Translations under genes and position numbers: made by a program
Assembly (NCBI GenBank): GCA_020137815.1
Contig: CM035356.1
Coordinates: 6,572,001-6,636,000 of the forward strand
DNA: 64,000 bases
Direction of reading: 5' to 3'
Source of the DNA: Hormiphora californensis
Lineage: Eukaryota; Animalia; Ctenophora
Shown here: one piece after another, positions 44,325 through 58,349 of the stretch
Layout: each line of letters opens with the position of its first letter
Position numbering within the stretch: position 1 is the first letter of the stretch
Notes under the pieces: model-generated
What the model was told of the DNA's origin: nothing
Database searches by the model: none
The model's input: only the letters and a program-made list of their open reading frames with translations

Positions 44325-46369
44325 ATGAACACCAGTACGAAGATCGTTGGAAATGATGTGTTGCCACACCAGCTGAGGGCATGTATCTCAATTTACCTGA
44401 TATTCACTGTTATCTACTGCTTCTTAGCGAATGCCATGATCACAGGTATGTCTTGGTAACGAAGTTACCCTTGCCAGTGCGTGAGGCGGCCTCTTTAGAG
44501 GGGCTATTTCGTAATAGAATATCATAATCTTTGGGGGGGGGGGGGGAATTGAAACTGGTTTCTGTCCAGTATTCTAGCTGACTTTTGCAGTCCATCTCTG
44601 ATTGACTGACTTGCGGCTCCGACCCGATCTGAGCGCACTGTCAAACCTTGTAATGTTTTAACCCTCCTTTACATTTGTCAAAGTTTCGCTGTACAGGGCA
44701 CGGTGAAACAGGGTCGAGCAAGGAAAGTCAAAACGGGGTCTGGCGGCGATAGACCTACTATTATACATCTTTCTAACTCAAAGTTTCCTTTCAGATTACC
44801 TAAGAAAAGCTCGGCGTGTATTTCGTGATCTTGATTCGGTGTCCCTGACGCTATTGGACCACTTGGCCCTCTCAGATGTGCTCTACCAACTACTAAGGAT
44901 ATGCCCAATGGCAATAACTTCCATTGCGGGTAGGTGTAATAATTCAGGCGGGCCCCGATATATTGTACCGGGTACCCTGATTTACCGGGCAAACCCCTTT
45001 CCCCCGAGTATCCCGGTAAATCGGGGTCCAACTGTAGTATAGTTGAGGGATCTAATTTGGTACTCATTTGATGATCGGGGTCGTGTATTTGTGGAGTCAG
45101 GGGGGTGTGGGGGAGGTGGTTCAGTGGGTGTGGGATAAAAATTGGGCTTTGTGGTATTTTAGTCTGGCAGTAAACAAGTGCAGTGCTCCAAATTTCGAAC
45201 AGATAAGGGCAAATTTGATTTGGGTCGGATGAGTCATGTGAGATAAAACATCCATCAAAACTGGTTTGAAAAACACCTGATCACGTGTACAGTGCAGTAC
45301 ACTCTGAAAATTCTAGAAATTTGAGGATGGTTTGTTCAGTAATGATATCAGAGCAAAAACCGAAAATATTGGGTTTGACAGGGAATTGAACCAGGGACCT
45401 TCAGAGAGACATGCTAGAAGCTATACCACTTAGCTACTATAAAGTCCAACCCCATACAAAATTAGTAATATCAACGTCTATCCCAGGACGATGGTTGCTA
45501 GGAGACACAGTGTGCTTCCTGAACAGTATTGTCAAATATGCTCCAGTCACCGCTTCACTTTACTTTATCTTTGTACTAATCCTTATCCAGGTGAGATACT
45601 ATAGTTCGGATTTCCCCTTCAACTTATTTTTTCAATTAATCCTCTCAATGGTTCTCTCAATTCATTTCAATATTCTTTGATTCTTTGTAAGTCAACTCGT
45701 ATCTCTCTTATCTTCCTCCTCTTATTATGATTATCACAGTCATACCCCAGTCATATCATGTTATTGTACCCTAACCCAAAACCTCCCCAGATTGGACGGG
45801 TTGGCCGCTCGGAAGAGTTTATCTACACCCGCAGCACAGGAACACTCGGCCGGCAGATCTCCCTCGCTCTCTGGCTCCTTTCCTGCCTCTCTTCAGTTCT
45901 CCTGGTGTCCTACAGAATCCCCTACACCTACACCCCATGGTCGATGGGATGTGAGAACGAGATGACGACATCCCTAGAACTCGGCACTCTCACAACCACA
46001 TACCTCATCCCAATCGCCCTCCTCTCCCTCGCTGTGTGTGTCCTGGTTTTCCAGTGTTGTCTGTGCTGCCCAAACAGCTTTGATGCACGTGCAATTCTTG
46101 TCGTTGAGCTGGCTATCCTCTACATTACAACCACGGCGCCCTCCCTGACTGTCAGGCTGCTGAGGTTTTATAGGGTTCTACCGGCGTGGACGGGGGTGTT
46201 GGAGAGTCTCACCTACACTCTGTTCATCATAATTCGACCCATGTTGTTCCTGTCTCCTGACCTCAAGGAACATCTGGTCAGATCGGTGTGGGGTCGGAGG
46301 GGAGGTGCCGTGGGGTCGGTTCACGGGGAGTACAAGGTGCTTAGTGAGCCTACTTTATCCAAGGTTTGA
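44325..46369 (+). CDS. Divergent rhodopsin-like 7TM GPCR, 4 exons
   Basis: Exons 44325-44445, 44795-44929 (LDSVSLTLLDHLALSDVL), 45487-45590 (RWLLGDTVC) and 45791-46369. Phases are compatible and seven hydrophobic segments are present. Confidence 0.8.
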
Positions 46370-46594
46370 AGCCCCTGGGGGAGACACTTCCGTGAGAAAC
46401 GAACAAGCTGCGTGAAATGATGAATGGTTCACCAGGATGATAAAATGATGACGTCATATAATGGCCCAGACGATGACGTCATATATGACCCAGAAAGAGT
46501 TGCCAGAATCACCAGGACAAATGTTCTAATCCTCCTCGGAGAGAGGGTCGAACACGGCAAGGGACAACAATATGTCAGTCAGTATGCACTGGGC

Positions 46595-46703
46595 CAGGAA
46601 CCGACCGAAACAAGTAAACAACCAATCAGAACTCGTTATTTAGGTCACGTGACTGGTTATCAGCCAATCAGGGACCAGTATTTCCTGATTCGGTCGGTTC
46701 CTG
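46595..46703 (+). mobile_element. MITE family A with 8-bp TSD
   Basis: Flanked by cactgggc. Confidence 0.9.
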
Positions 46704-46902
46704 CACTGGGCTAAAGAACGGACTATAATTCATTACGTGTGAACTGGACAAGATAGAAATTTGTGTACAGGGAGCCCGATTAATTTATGTTTTGAGAATT
46801 GCTAAAACCTTTTTAATATTTCACCAAGAAACAGTTTTCTCGATTTTTTGACCCCCATGAGCACATTTACCAATCCTCCGGATTACAATCCAGTACCCAG
46901 TC

Positions 46903-49900
46903 ACTCACGAGCTCCATAAGTGTCGACAAAATTCATTTTGTAATAGTTCCTTGTGGGTTTTGCTATAGTTTCTTGTGGGGTTATCCCAGGCACCCCCTAG
47001 TATTATACAGAAGAACCGGACCCTGAACCCATGAAACACCTACCGAGAGAGAAGCCTTACATAGTTAACTGTGAGCCATCAACAAGGCTCCAAAAAGCAC
47101 CAACTGCTCTCACCAACCAACCAACCTACCGAGAGAGGAATGGTGGGGGTCGAGATGGAATGTTGAACGGTGACGAGGCGTTGTGAAATCGTGGCTGAGA
47201 GGGATTCTCCCATCATCCAATCGTAGCAATTGTCTCTCAGTCTTACTGGGTAGTCTTCACTGCACTGACACTCCAGACTGAATTGGGATAAGAAGGGATG
47301 GAGAAAGGGAGGGGTGGGGGTAGAGACGGTATATGAGAGAATACTAAAAAATAACAGTTAGAATCTATGTAACCTTTATAATCAATGATAACAAGATAAG
47401 ACTAATATCTCTCATGAATATAGTGTATCTTTACCTTGCGTTGTGGATATACGATGAATTTATAATTGTAAACGCCCCAGGGTTAATAAACGTCATCCTC
47501 ATATTGTCCATATCCAGAGAATTATTCTTGATCCTCTGCGTGTAGCCGTTACCATCGTTCAACAATATGACCGTTTTATCGATCATCAGATAGGACGGAC
47601 TCGCATTTCTTCTCCCGCTTATCTGAGGGGAGGAAGGGCGCGCGTGCTGTAAGGATGAACTTGTGACTTAGTGCAGTCGTCGCGCGTTACGTCGAATGAA
47701 TCACTCAAACTGGGATTTTATGTTCACGATTTCATTAATTCCTTGGTTGACGAACTACTATCTAGGAGTTGTGCAACATGAGGTTTCTGGTGTCATCACC
47801 CCTTCCCACAACTACTGAATGAGCCAAGTTAGTGAAAATACAGTTACGGAATGACTGAAGTACTTCATTTGAGTGAACAATATTACGCAAAGAATGGAAT
47901 TTAAAAACACCCCCTTTGAGCTCGGGGCACTTGCCAGTGTTATGAACATACCTTGAAAAGTTCCTGCTTGTTACCAGTCTCATTCAGTTCATAGACATGC
48001 GTTTCTTCTGGAGTTGAGTCCATGAATAGAAACCCTGTTTGAGCTTCACTCTCCATCAGAAGTAGCGATTCATGCCTCCTGGAATAATATATAAGGGTTC
48101 ATCAGGTCAGGAGCGGAGATCTATTCTCTGTTTTATTAATCTTCTCCCCCATGAGAGACCGGTATATATTGATATTGTTATCTAATTTAATTTTAACCCC
48201 CTTTTGAAAAAAGATCTAATATCTATTCTCTATTTCCCGGTAAATCGGGGTCCGACTGTACTTGATTTTACAGGGTAAAAGAACTAACCTGTCAATTTTA
48301 ATAGTGAATCTGTTACTGCCTTTCAAACATGGATCGATCGCTGAAATAATGAGTTAACGTTTAGACTTAGTTAACGAATAACGTTTAAATTTTAGTTAAC
48401 GTTTAGTATTTAGTTAACGTTTAAAATTTAGTTAACGTTTAGTATTTAGTTAACGTTTAGTATTTAGTTAACGTTTAGTATTTAGTTAACGTTTAGGATT
48501 TAGTTAACGTTTAGTATTTAGGATTTAGTTAAAGTTTAGTATTTAGTTAACGTTTAGAATTTAGTTAACGTTTAGTAGGGTAGCGACTGGCTATTTGAAA
48601 CAGTTTTTCACTTTTTTCCCTTGCCTGCCCACAAATCAAGTCGAACCCAAATTTTTTTGATCTTGTGTTACCGAGACAGTCCCTGGGTAGTTTTTGGGGT
48701 GGTTGGAGATGTCTCATTTTGGCTTCCGGGGCCAGGGTCACGTGATATCTATCCAAATTTGGTGTTTCAGTTAGCCCGCCTCGGTCTGCTAATTTGAAAC
48801 ACCCGTATCTCCCTCAATTTCTCCACGAAACCGAAATTTTTGACATGGAATAGTTAGAAAAGGGTTGTGCAGAGCCATTCCATGTCTGAAATCTGAATTT
48901 GGTTGAAATAATGAGTTAACGTTTAGACTTAGTTAACGAATAACGTTTAAATTTTAGTTAACGTTTAGTATTTAGTTAACGTTTAAAATTTAGTTAACGT
49001 TTAGTATTTAGTTAACGTTTAGTATTTAGTTAACGTTTAGTATTTAGTTAACGTTTAGGATTTAGTTAACGTTTAGTATTTAGGATTTAGTTAAAGTTTA
49101 GTATTTAGTTAACGTTTAGAATTTAGTTAACGTTTAGTAGGGTAGCGACTGGCTATTTGAAACAGTTTTTCACTTTTTTCCCTTGCCTGCCCACAAATCA
49201 AGTCGAACCCAAATTTTTTTGATCTTGTGTTACCGAGACAGTCCCTGGGTAGTTTTTGGGGTGGTTGGAGATGTCTCATTTTGGCTTCCGGGGCCAGGGT
49301 CACGTGATATCTATCCAAATTTGGTGTTTCAGTTAGCCCGCCTCGGTCTGCTAATTTGAAACACCCGTATCTCCCTCAATTTCTCCACGAAACCGAAATT
49401 TTTGACATGGAATAGTTAGAAAAGGGTTGTGCAGAGCCATTCCATGTCTGAAATCTGAATTTGGTTGCATGTGCTTGGTGCAGTTAATGTTTCCAAAAAG
49501 TGTTTCAAATAGCCAGGAAAACGGTTTTTGCCCCAAATTCGGCCAATTTTTGGCGGAAATGGCTTAAATCATAATTCATATCCTCCCTATGCTCAAAATG
49601 AACATCAAAAATTTCCAACAGCGGATTTGGAGAAAAGTGTTTCAAATAGCCCTCCTCAGTGTTTCAAATTACCAGAATCGCTTGCCCTGCAGATCATAAC
49701 ATATCGGAAACCACTGAACCCGACTAATTTCGATTTGAATCACGTAAGCAACTTTTCCAATCCGTCTGAGGCCGATTAAGTGCCCTAATTGAGTATAATT
49801 GGGTCCAATTGACCTTAATTGCTCAATTAAGGTACTTTCCCGACCTCTGAGGGATTGGAAAGGCTGCTTACGTGATTCAGCGTATCAAAATTAGTCGGAA

Positions 49901-52900
49901 AAGTGCCCTCACATAAGAATAAATCATTTCCCGGTGAAAAGTTGTAAATGGGGTCATTAAGACCCAATTATGCTTAATTAGAACACTTTTCCGATCTGAG
50001 ACGGAGCCCAGAGGTTTAAAAAAGCTATTTATAATTATATTTAATTTTCTCAATTTTCATTTTTTGAAATAAAAAGGAAATCTTTGAATTTTTTATTTAA
50101 ACACAAGGATTGTTTCTATTCCAGAATTTAAAATAACGGCATGTCTACCAACTGTTTGCTAGGCATCTCCCAAGACAAGCTACTACATACGCGGCACTGC
50201 GTTTCAAATAGCCAGTGGCTACCCTATTTAGTTAATATTTAGTATTTAGTTAACGTTTAGTATTTAGTTAACGTTTAGGATTTAGTTAACATTTAGTATT
50301 TAGTTAATGTTTAGTATTTAGTGAACGTTTAGTATTTAGTATGATTCCAGGGTTGCAGTTGGTAAAGAAATTACCCCTACCTTGCGGGCACGCTAGAACA
50401 TGCCTTAGTCTACGAGGGGTTTGGTAACCAAGGGTTGTAGTTGGTCATTGGAAAGTTCATGGGTAAACTCTGGTTTTGTATGAGCAGATCAAGGTATAAC
50501 CCGACAAGGGCAGGATGGGGGATTAATAATGATCCTAAAACTCCGAAATGCAGTTCTCACGTGATCTACCGAACCCTCACAGAGCCACACCAGGAACCGA
50601 CCGAATTAGAAATACTAGTCCCTGATTGGCTGATAACCAGTCACGTGACCTAAATTACGAGTTCTGGTTGGTTGTTTACTTGTGTCGGTCGGTTCCTGGA
50701 GCGCACTGTGAGTCACACAAGTTCTCACCTTCTCTTCCACCTTCCTCCCACTTTTCTTCGTTCGGTGTACACTGCAAAACACTACTTGATGGAAATCTAC
50801 AACTCTCCCCACACCTCTCTTCTCCTTCACAAATCAGTCTCGTCGTAACCTGATGGGGGGACGAGGGGGGTTCATATATTAATGGGCGGTGAGATAGATA
50901 TTACAGAGTAAGAAACAAAAAAGTCTGGCAGTATATAACTTGATCTGCTGAACCCTCACATACAGGGTCTGTCACCAGTGTCGCATCGTTTTGAAATTCT
51001 CCGCACAAACGACTAGCACAAAATGACAACATGCAAAGAATTGCTTGCTGCTCAGTTTGTTTTTATGTTAGCGACTTGAAACAAAAACCATCGTTTAGAG
51101 AATTTAATTGTCTATGTCTAGGTGAAAACTAGACGAAAAATGAGCAAGTTCAGGTGAAACTAGAGAAATCTAAAAAGTGACCTCAAAAAAACGTCTTTTC
51201 GACCAAATATTTTGAAATCGCCATAGCTCTGGAAGTAGGGCTGATCTCAAAAATCGGTGAAGAGTAGGTCGAACAGTTTTGTCTGAATTTTCACGTAGTA
51301 CCGGTTTTAACCTGATAGGACCAACCACCAATGAGCCTACCTCAAAAAACTTTGAAACAACCTGATTTTTTCAAAATTTCGCTCTTCCCGAGAATTTTGG
51401 AAAAGTGTCGCATCATTTTCGCGATTTTAATGCGACACTTTCCCCCTGCATATAAATGCATGTATCTCTCTTCCCCTCTAGTTTCTACGCCACGATCTCA
51501 CTTTTCTAGTGTATCTAGGAGGTTACATTCACTGGGGAGGGGGGGGGGGGGGGCTGCGCTTTTTGGTTGTGCTGCTGTAGAATATCTGGCCAGAAATTGG
51601 CTAAATATGCAACTAATTGATATCAAATCAAAAATCACTCTACCCGACTAATTTCGATACGCTGAATCACGTGAGCAACTTTTTAAAGCCCTCAGAGGTC
51701 GATAAAGTGCTATAATTGGGCATAATTGGGTCTAATTGACCGAAATTACAACTTTTCTCCTGGAAACGCTATCATGACAAATTTAGGCGCTTACCCCACT
51801 AATTTCGATACCCTGATTTACATGAGTATCTTTTCTAAGCTCGAAATTGTGGATAAAGTGCTCTAAATGAGCATGATTGTGTATAATTGAGCAATATAAT
51901 TACGACTTTTCCCTGTAAAGTTCACTTGGATTTTGGAGATGCACCCTATAGCTATGTATACATAACAGGAAATAATTGTAATTATTTTGATCAATTAGAC
52001 CCAGTTATACTCAATTAGGGAATTGGCTCCGCCACTTAGAGCTTAGAATAGTTAATTCATTCGAATAGTTAATTCATTCGAATCAGCGTATCCAAATTAT
52101 TGGGGAAGGTGCCCTCATACGGATTTATTTGTAAATTTTTTTGGAAAGAATTGTAATTTCAATCAATTAGACCCAATTAGAGCACCCACCACTAAGATGT
52201 AGATGCCCTGCTAATATGAATCAGGGTATCAAAATCAATGGGGAAGTGTCTTCAAAGGAAGTAAACGTGTTTACAGGGAAAAGTTATAATTATGTTAGCC
52301 AATTAGACCCAATTATGTCCAATTAGTGCATTCTATCCACCATTGATAAAAGATGCTCATGTGAATCAGGGTATCCAAATCAGTGGGGTTAGTGCCTAAA
52401 TTTGTCATAATAGCGTTTCCAGGACGAAGTTGTAATTTCGTCAATTAGACCAATTATGCCGATTACGTACGATAATGCCTTTGGTCAGTTTTGCCTTCAC
52501 TCTAAATTACCTAATTAGAATCAAAGGAAAGGCAAAACTGACCCAAGGCAAAACTGTCAACACCTGGGGTAAACCGCAGTTTTGCCTTCGATAAATATAT
52601 CGAAGGCAAAACTGCGGTTTACCCCAGATATTGACAGTTTTGCCTTTACTTGGACATGTGATATGATTCTGGGACGCCTTATTAGCAGTGGGAGACAATA
52701 CGGGATATGAACCATGTGATTCGGGGAAGCTTATTAGCAGTGTGAGACGATACGAGATATAGAACATGATTCGGGGAAGCCTAAAGAGTGTTAGACGGTA
52801 TATGAGACACGATTCGGGAAAGGTTTCTATCGCTATGACCCTATCCCCTTCTCTGTGTCGCTCTGTCTGAAGAAGAAAATACTCCAGTGGGAAACTCCCA

Positions 52901-55900
52901 GATATCCCACCGAAGAGCACGCCCGTCATGCAGGACGCCACTACCAAAACACCACCACGGGAGGTAGACCAGATGACGGCCCAGATGACGGGTCCACCGA
53001 CGGAAGAGTGGGCTAGCACCGGACAGATCATGACTCTGGAGAAGAGTATACTTCAGCTGAGATCAGAGACAGACAGAAACACGGCGTGTGTAGATGCAAT
53101 CCTCGAGAAGGAGGACACTCTCGGAAGCGAGATTGATAGGATCAAACGTGATTCACAGTGGTCATCCGACATAATTGCCATATCTCGACGTGAACTTCGA
53201 CGAGAAATTCAACGAGAACTAGCAGTTCAGTTATGAACGCCTGTTGAAATTTGCCGTGCATTCGTAGTGAGAGCGACGTAAAGACTAACGAGAGAGAAGA
53301 ATGCGTGGGCACCGTTAGATGAACCGCCCACATCACGTATCTGGGCATCCGATCCAACCGATTAGCATACTGAATGAGACATGAGATCTCCTCTAATCGT
53401 TGTAACAAGCCGTTAGATGAACCGCCTCTATCACGTATCCGAGCCTGGCAACTGATTAGCATACTGAACGAGACATGCGAGCTTACACCGATTAGAGGAG
53501 CTCTCATGTCTAATCAGGTACCGATTGAAGGTATTATCGGTGTTTTAAAACTCATATTGCCCTCAGGATCACGTTACAACAATGCCTCCACAGTATAGAT
53601 AATTGGGTAAAGGCAAAAGCGTCAAAACACCGATAATGCCTGCACCAAGGCATTATCGGTGTTTTGACGCTTTTGCCTTTACCCAATTATCTATGCTGTT
53701 ACTCCCCAAAGGCATTATTGCTCAAAGGCATTATCGTATGCTACCATTATGCCCAATTAGAGCACTTTATCGACCTCTGAGGGCTTTAAAAAGTTGCTCA
53801 CGTGATTCAGCGTATCGAAATTAGTCGGGTAGAGTGATTTTTGATTTGATATCAATTAGTTGCATATTTAGCCAATTTCTGGCCAGATATTCTACAGCAG
53901 CACAACCAAAAAGTGCAGCCCCCCCCCCTCCTCAGTGAATGTAACCTCCTAGATACACTAGAAAAGTGAGATCGTGGCGTAGAAACTAGAGAGGAAGAGA
54001 GATACATGCATTTATATGCAGGGGGAAAGTGTCGTATTAAAATCGCGAAAATGATGCGACACTTTTCCAAAATTCTCGGGAAGAGCGAAATTTTGAAAAA
54101 ATCAGGTTGTTTCAAAGTTTTTTGAGGTAGGCTCATTGGTGGTTGGTCCTATCAGGTTAAAACCGGTACTACGTGAAAATTCAGACAAAACTGTTCGACC
54201 TACTCTTCACCGATTTTTGAGATCAGCCCTACTTCCAGAGCTATGGCGATTTCAAAATATTTGGTCGAAAAGACGTTTTTTTGAGGTCACTTTTTAGATT
54301 TCTCTAGTTTCACCTGAACTTGCTCATTTTTCGTCTAGTTTTCACCTAGACATAGACGATTAAATTCTCTAAACGATGGTTTTTGTTTCAAGTCGCTAAC
54401 ATAAAAACAAACTGAGCAGCAAGCAATTCTTTGCATGTTGTCATTTTGTGCTAGTCGTTTGTGCGGAGAATTTCAAAACGATGCGACACTGGTGACAGAC
54501 CCTGACATAGTGTGCTCGTCATTTTATTTCCCCGCCCGGGTGAATGCCGGATGCCTTTTGCAAAAAGGCATAGGGGTTTAGAATTCGACAAGTTTACATA
54601 CTAGTGAAGTGTCACGCTTTTTTTGTCCCGTGACGTAACCCATCCATAGCAACCATCCAGTGCGGAGTGCTCAAAATATCATTTGAAATACTTCACACAC
54701 GCTCTAATCCAAATTTTCCACGAAGGCGACGCCCGCAAAGTTATTACAGTGCTGAAATGACACACTTTCATTAGAACGTGCAGCCCGGCGCCACGCGCCC
54801 CTTCCTCTTTGCAATTCATAACGTTCATCGTTCGTCATGTGTTCGTCATTACAATTGCGCTCTGGTATTGTCATTGATTACATGAGGTCAGTTGAGTGGA
54901 GATCACATAGACTAGAAAAAGAGCCTAAAAAGGCAGCTCATCACCTGCACTGTTCTGTCTCACCTTTCAGAACCTCATTAGGTCATGGGTGATGGGATGC
55001 AGTTAGGAGTGTCACATGCCAATGGCGGGGAAATACAGTACTATGGATACATAGTGCAAATATTCTTGTTATGGAACAAAATGCGGTGTGAGCCACACAA
55101 TATCAAATATACAATACAACTTGAGTCAATATTATAACTTGAGACAATTTAACTTGAGTCAAGTACAGTCGGACCCCGATTTAGGGGCCCCCGATTTAGT
55201 GGCACCCCGATTTAGGGACAGGATTTTTTTCCCCCAAAAATTTTTTGAATTTTTTTGTGAAATTTTTTGTGAGAATTTTTTCAAAATTTTTCAAAAAAAT
55301 ACCAGCCACGTCCGAATCGTGTTTCGAATCAGTGAATCTTATCGCATGTCCTGCTGCTAATTAGGACGGTTCGGAACGAACCGATACGTGATCCCCATGG
55401 GGCCATTGAATCGGGGGGGGGGGGGGGGGGGGGGGGGGTTCCCATGGTATACTTTGGTATACTTTGGTATACTTTGGCATATGGAAAATTCCAAAAAAAT
55501 ATGTGGAAGGTACCAAAGTATACCAAAGTATACCATATCTTTTTAATAGCTTTACGTACTTTAAAGTGTTAATTTACAATAATTAAGGCTTTAAAACAGT
55601 TTGTATAAACTTTCTTAACTCATAAACTTGAGGTTAACTAGGCTAAATTTGCTAATTTCATGGAATCGAGGAAACTTATTTTGCCTATGAAATGATGAGT
55701 CACAAAACTGGGGTTTGACACATTGGGACTCATTTGAGTGCGATAAAAAACTTTTTAAAAAGTCAAGAAAAAGTTCAAATAGTATTTGGTAAAGTCTCTA
55801 AAAATTTTTCAAAAATTGCCTCAACCGGGAATTGAACCCCTGGCCACTGAGTGGCCAGCCTTGTGCACTAGCCGGATGATGTAACATACGTAAAAATCAG

Positions 55901-56841
55901 TTTAATAAGCTTTATATTACCAATTTAGAACGAAATAAGGATGTAGTTTTACAAATTTAGTCAATTATTTTATCTTATCGCTTAAATTTTACCTTTTTCA
56001 AAATTTGTATGGTATACTTTGGTATACCTTGGTATATTTTGGTATACTTTGGTATACTTTGGTATATGGAAAATCGCTGAAAAAGTTGTGGAAAGTGCCT
56101 AAGTATACCAAAGTATACCATGGGAACCCCCCCATTGAATCACAAGTTCACCAAGCGTCAAAATTTTGATTCGATGGGGATCACGTTTCGATTCGTTCCG
56201 AACCGTCTAATTAGCAGCAGGACATGCGATAAGATGCACCGATTCGAAACACGATTCGAACGTGGCTGGTATACCTTTAAAAATTTTTAAAACTTTTTTT
56301 GCAAAATTTTACAGTACGATTGTCAATGCTTTGATCGGTGCTCCCCATAAATTTTGAGAGAAAAAGTTATTTTAAAATTTTGATACTTCCTCACCCGCTT
56401 AGGGTGCCCCGATTCGGCATGGTATCACGTATCGGTTCGTTTCGAATCCGCTAATTAGACAGGACATCCAGTAAGCTGCACCGATTCGAAACACAAATCG
56501 GACGGGTTGGTATAACTTAGAAAATTTTTCACATTTTTTTGAAAAAAAAACTGTTTTATATTTTTCTATTTCTAATCAGAAATGATGATGTCATCAGTAC
56601 ATGAATATTGCATATAACAGTTAGAGGTGTCTTTAGTCTTAATAATATAGCATTTTGGGCATAAAATCGGTTTTTATGGGCCAAATATGGCTCACCCCGA
56701 TTTAGTGGACACCCCGATTTAGTGGACAAGACCCTTTCCCCCGAGGGTGTCCCTAAATCGGGGTCCGACTGTACTTACGTTTGGCTTTATAATGAACTCA
56801 CTTCTCACACTCTGTACCACCAAAAAGAGGACATGAAGCAT
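46903..56841 (-). CDS. Putative secreted/extracellular Cys-containing protein (incomplete model)
   Basis: Signal-peptide-like first exon MLHVLFLVVQSVRSEF (56779-56841, gtaagt donor); open GT-AG exons at ~50729-50849, 48289-48340, 47952-48078, 47435-47622 and 47129-47277. Linkage into a single gene is inferred. Confidence 0.45.
48342..49466 (+). repeat. Apparently perfect 562-bp tandem duplication (18-bp tttagttaacgtttagta minisatellite plus left end of a TIR element)
   Basis: Identical ORFs 48565-48756 and 49127-49318; offset 562. Confidence 0.9.
49140..50224. mobile_element. TA-flanked TIR element inserted in the 18-bp minisatellite
   Basis: ta|gggtagcgactggctatttgaaac ... gtttcaaatagccagtggctaccc|ta; the minisatellite resumes at 50225. 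Confidence 0.8.
50591..50698 (-). mobile_element. MITE family A
   Basis: Reverse-orientation copy. Confidence 0.85.
50963..54504. mobile_element. 3.5-kb DNA transposon, ~770-bp near-perfect arms, 5-bp TSD
   Basis: acata|cagggtctgtcaccagtgtcgcatcg ... cgatgcgacactggtgacagaccctg|acata; mirror ORFs 51331-51651 and 53852-54136. Confidence 0.92.
52464..53742. mobile_element. Nested TIR element with internal palindromes and a short coiled-coil ORF (52928-53236)
   Basis: tacggataatgcctttg ... caaaggcattatcgta termini; the host repeat attatgcc lies on both sides. Confidence 0.6.
55166..56771. mobile_element. TA-flanked CAGTCGGACCCCGATTTA element with nested inverted repeats
   Basis: ta|cagtcggaccccgatttaggg ... 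ccctaaatcggggtccgactg|ta; internal IR pairs at ~55300-55400/56175-56270 and ~55437-55535/56010-56133. Confidence 0.8.
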
Positions 56842-58349
56842 TCTGAAATGTGTGAACTATTCTGTAACAGTAAATCAAGGGGGGGCAGGATGAGTCGAGG
56901 TGGAAAGAAGAAACATAGTCATTGAATGGTAAAAATATTTTATAATAAAATATTGGAATGGGCAAGAACATTTTGTAAAAATATGATAATTTTTGAAGTT
57001 TTCACGGTGAAAACTTCAAAAAATATCATATTTTTACAAAATGTTCTTGCCCCCCCCCCAGAGTGGCGTGTAAGTTTTTATTTGCGTGTCGGAAACTTGT
57101 CGGAAGCTTGTTTTGGCTCTCACGTCTTTGTTTCTTGACCAATTTCGTCAAACAAAACTTTTACGGACTCACAAAATTATGCTCATTCCGGTGGGCGCCG
57201 TTACGATCTGGGTGTTTGGTGGCCTGTTTACAGGTGCGTGCTGCCAAAACAGTTGATTCACTAAAATGGCCATAACCGCCAAACCACTCAACCATTTTGG
57301 CTAATTCAAAGTTTATCTGGTAGGGATTGTCAAGGCCTAACCCCAACCCAAACCCTAACCCTAAAAACCGTTTGTCAGCACTCACGAAACACCCAGATTT
57401 TAACGCTGGCCCTTTCCGGTGATATGCGGCTTTTTGCCGAAAAGTGAGAGCAAATGGGGGCTGTCACGCGCAAATACGACGTCTCGTGTGAAAAAGGGGA
57501 TGACAACTTGAAAAAAGTTTGGCGGGATAAGGCAGCGCTTTTCAAGAAAAAAGTTAAGTTTAAGTTTAAGTTTAAGTTTAATCACTATTTATCACAAAGT
57601 CAATATAAAAATATTAAAACCTTGTCCCGCTCTTACACCAAACATATTTAATATAAATAGATATAAAAAATAAGCTACAAGGCTGATGTGAAAGCACCAG
57701 CGGTTACCTAAAGCGGGTTAAGCTAGTTCACGATACAATGAGGCAGATAACATCAGCATAAACTGCACAATTAAATAACTGAGATACAACGGCTTTTGAA
57801 AAAGTGCACAAACAAACCAACACAGCCCGCAGACAAACAAAACGAACAAACAAACGACCAAACAAATAAATAAGCAAACAAACAAACAAGTAAGTTAACA
57901 CTAAACAGACAGGCAAACAAGAAAGTTAACAAACAAGCATACATACAAACAAACAAACAAACAAAAGAACAGTCCAGTAAATAAATAAACAAACAGGTAC
58001 AAGTGAACATCAAAATAATAACAACAGACATAATATCAGATGAGACACACACGGTTAATAGGTAATAATAGAGTTCAGCATCACGAATAGTTTATTGTCC
58101 ATACATGGCATAGTTTTTTATCGGTAAAAACGTTAAAACGGTATGTATGGATCTTCTTTCTTCTTTCGTTTCTCCCTTTAGACTCAGTCAATCTGGAACC
58201 TCATCTACTCAGACTCTACACAAACTCGTAGGCCAAGATACACTTAAAACAGAAAAAACACACTAAGAACCTAAAATTCTCACTACTCTGGCTTGGATGA
58301 TCCCTCTACTAAGTCTCATGAAGATGTAGGAGGACAGGGAAATGGGAAA

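Noticed and set aside
45378-45436. tRNA genes (also ~55822-55875)
   Set aside because: Only a reverse B-box-like ggttcaattccc is present, with no cloverleaf; at most SINE remnants.
48342-49466. Biologically meaningful segmental duplication
   Set aside because: An apparently identical 562-bp repeat in repetitive intronic DNA; cannot be distinguished from an assembly artefact.
57336-57365. Telomere (cctaaccc repeats)
   Set aside because: Only ~4 imperfect internal units, more like a repeat-element microsatellite.
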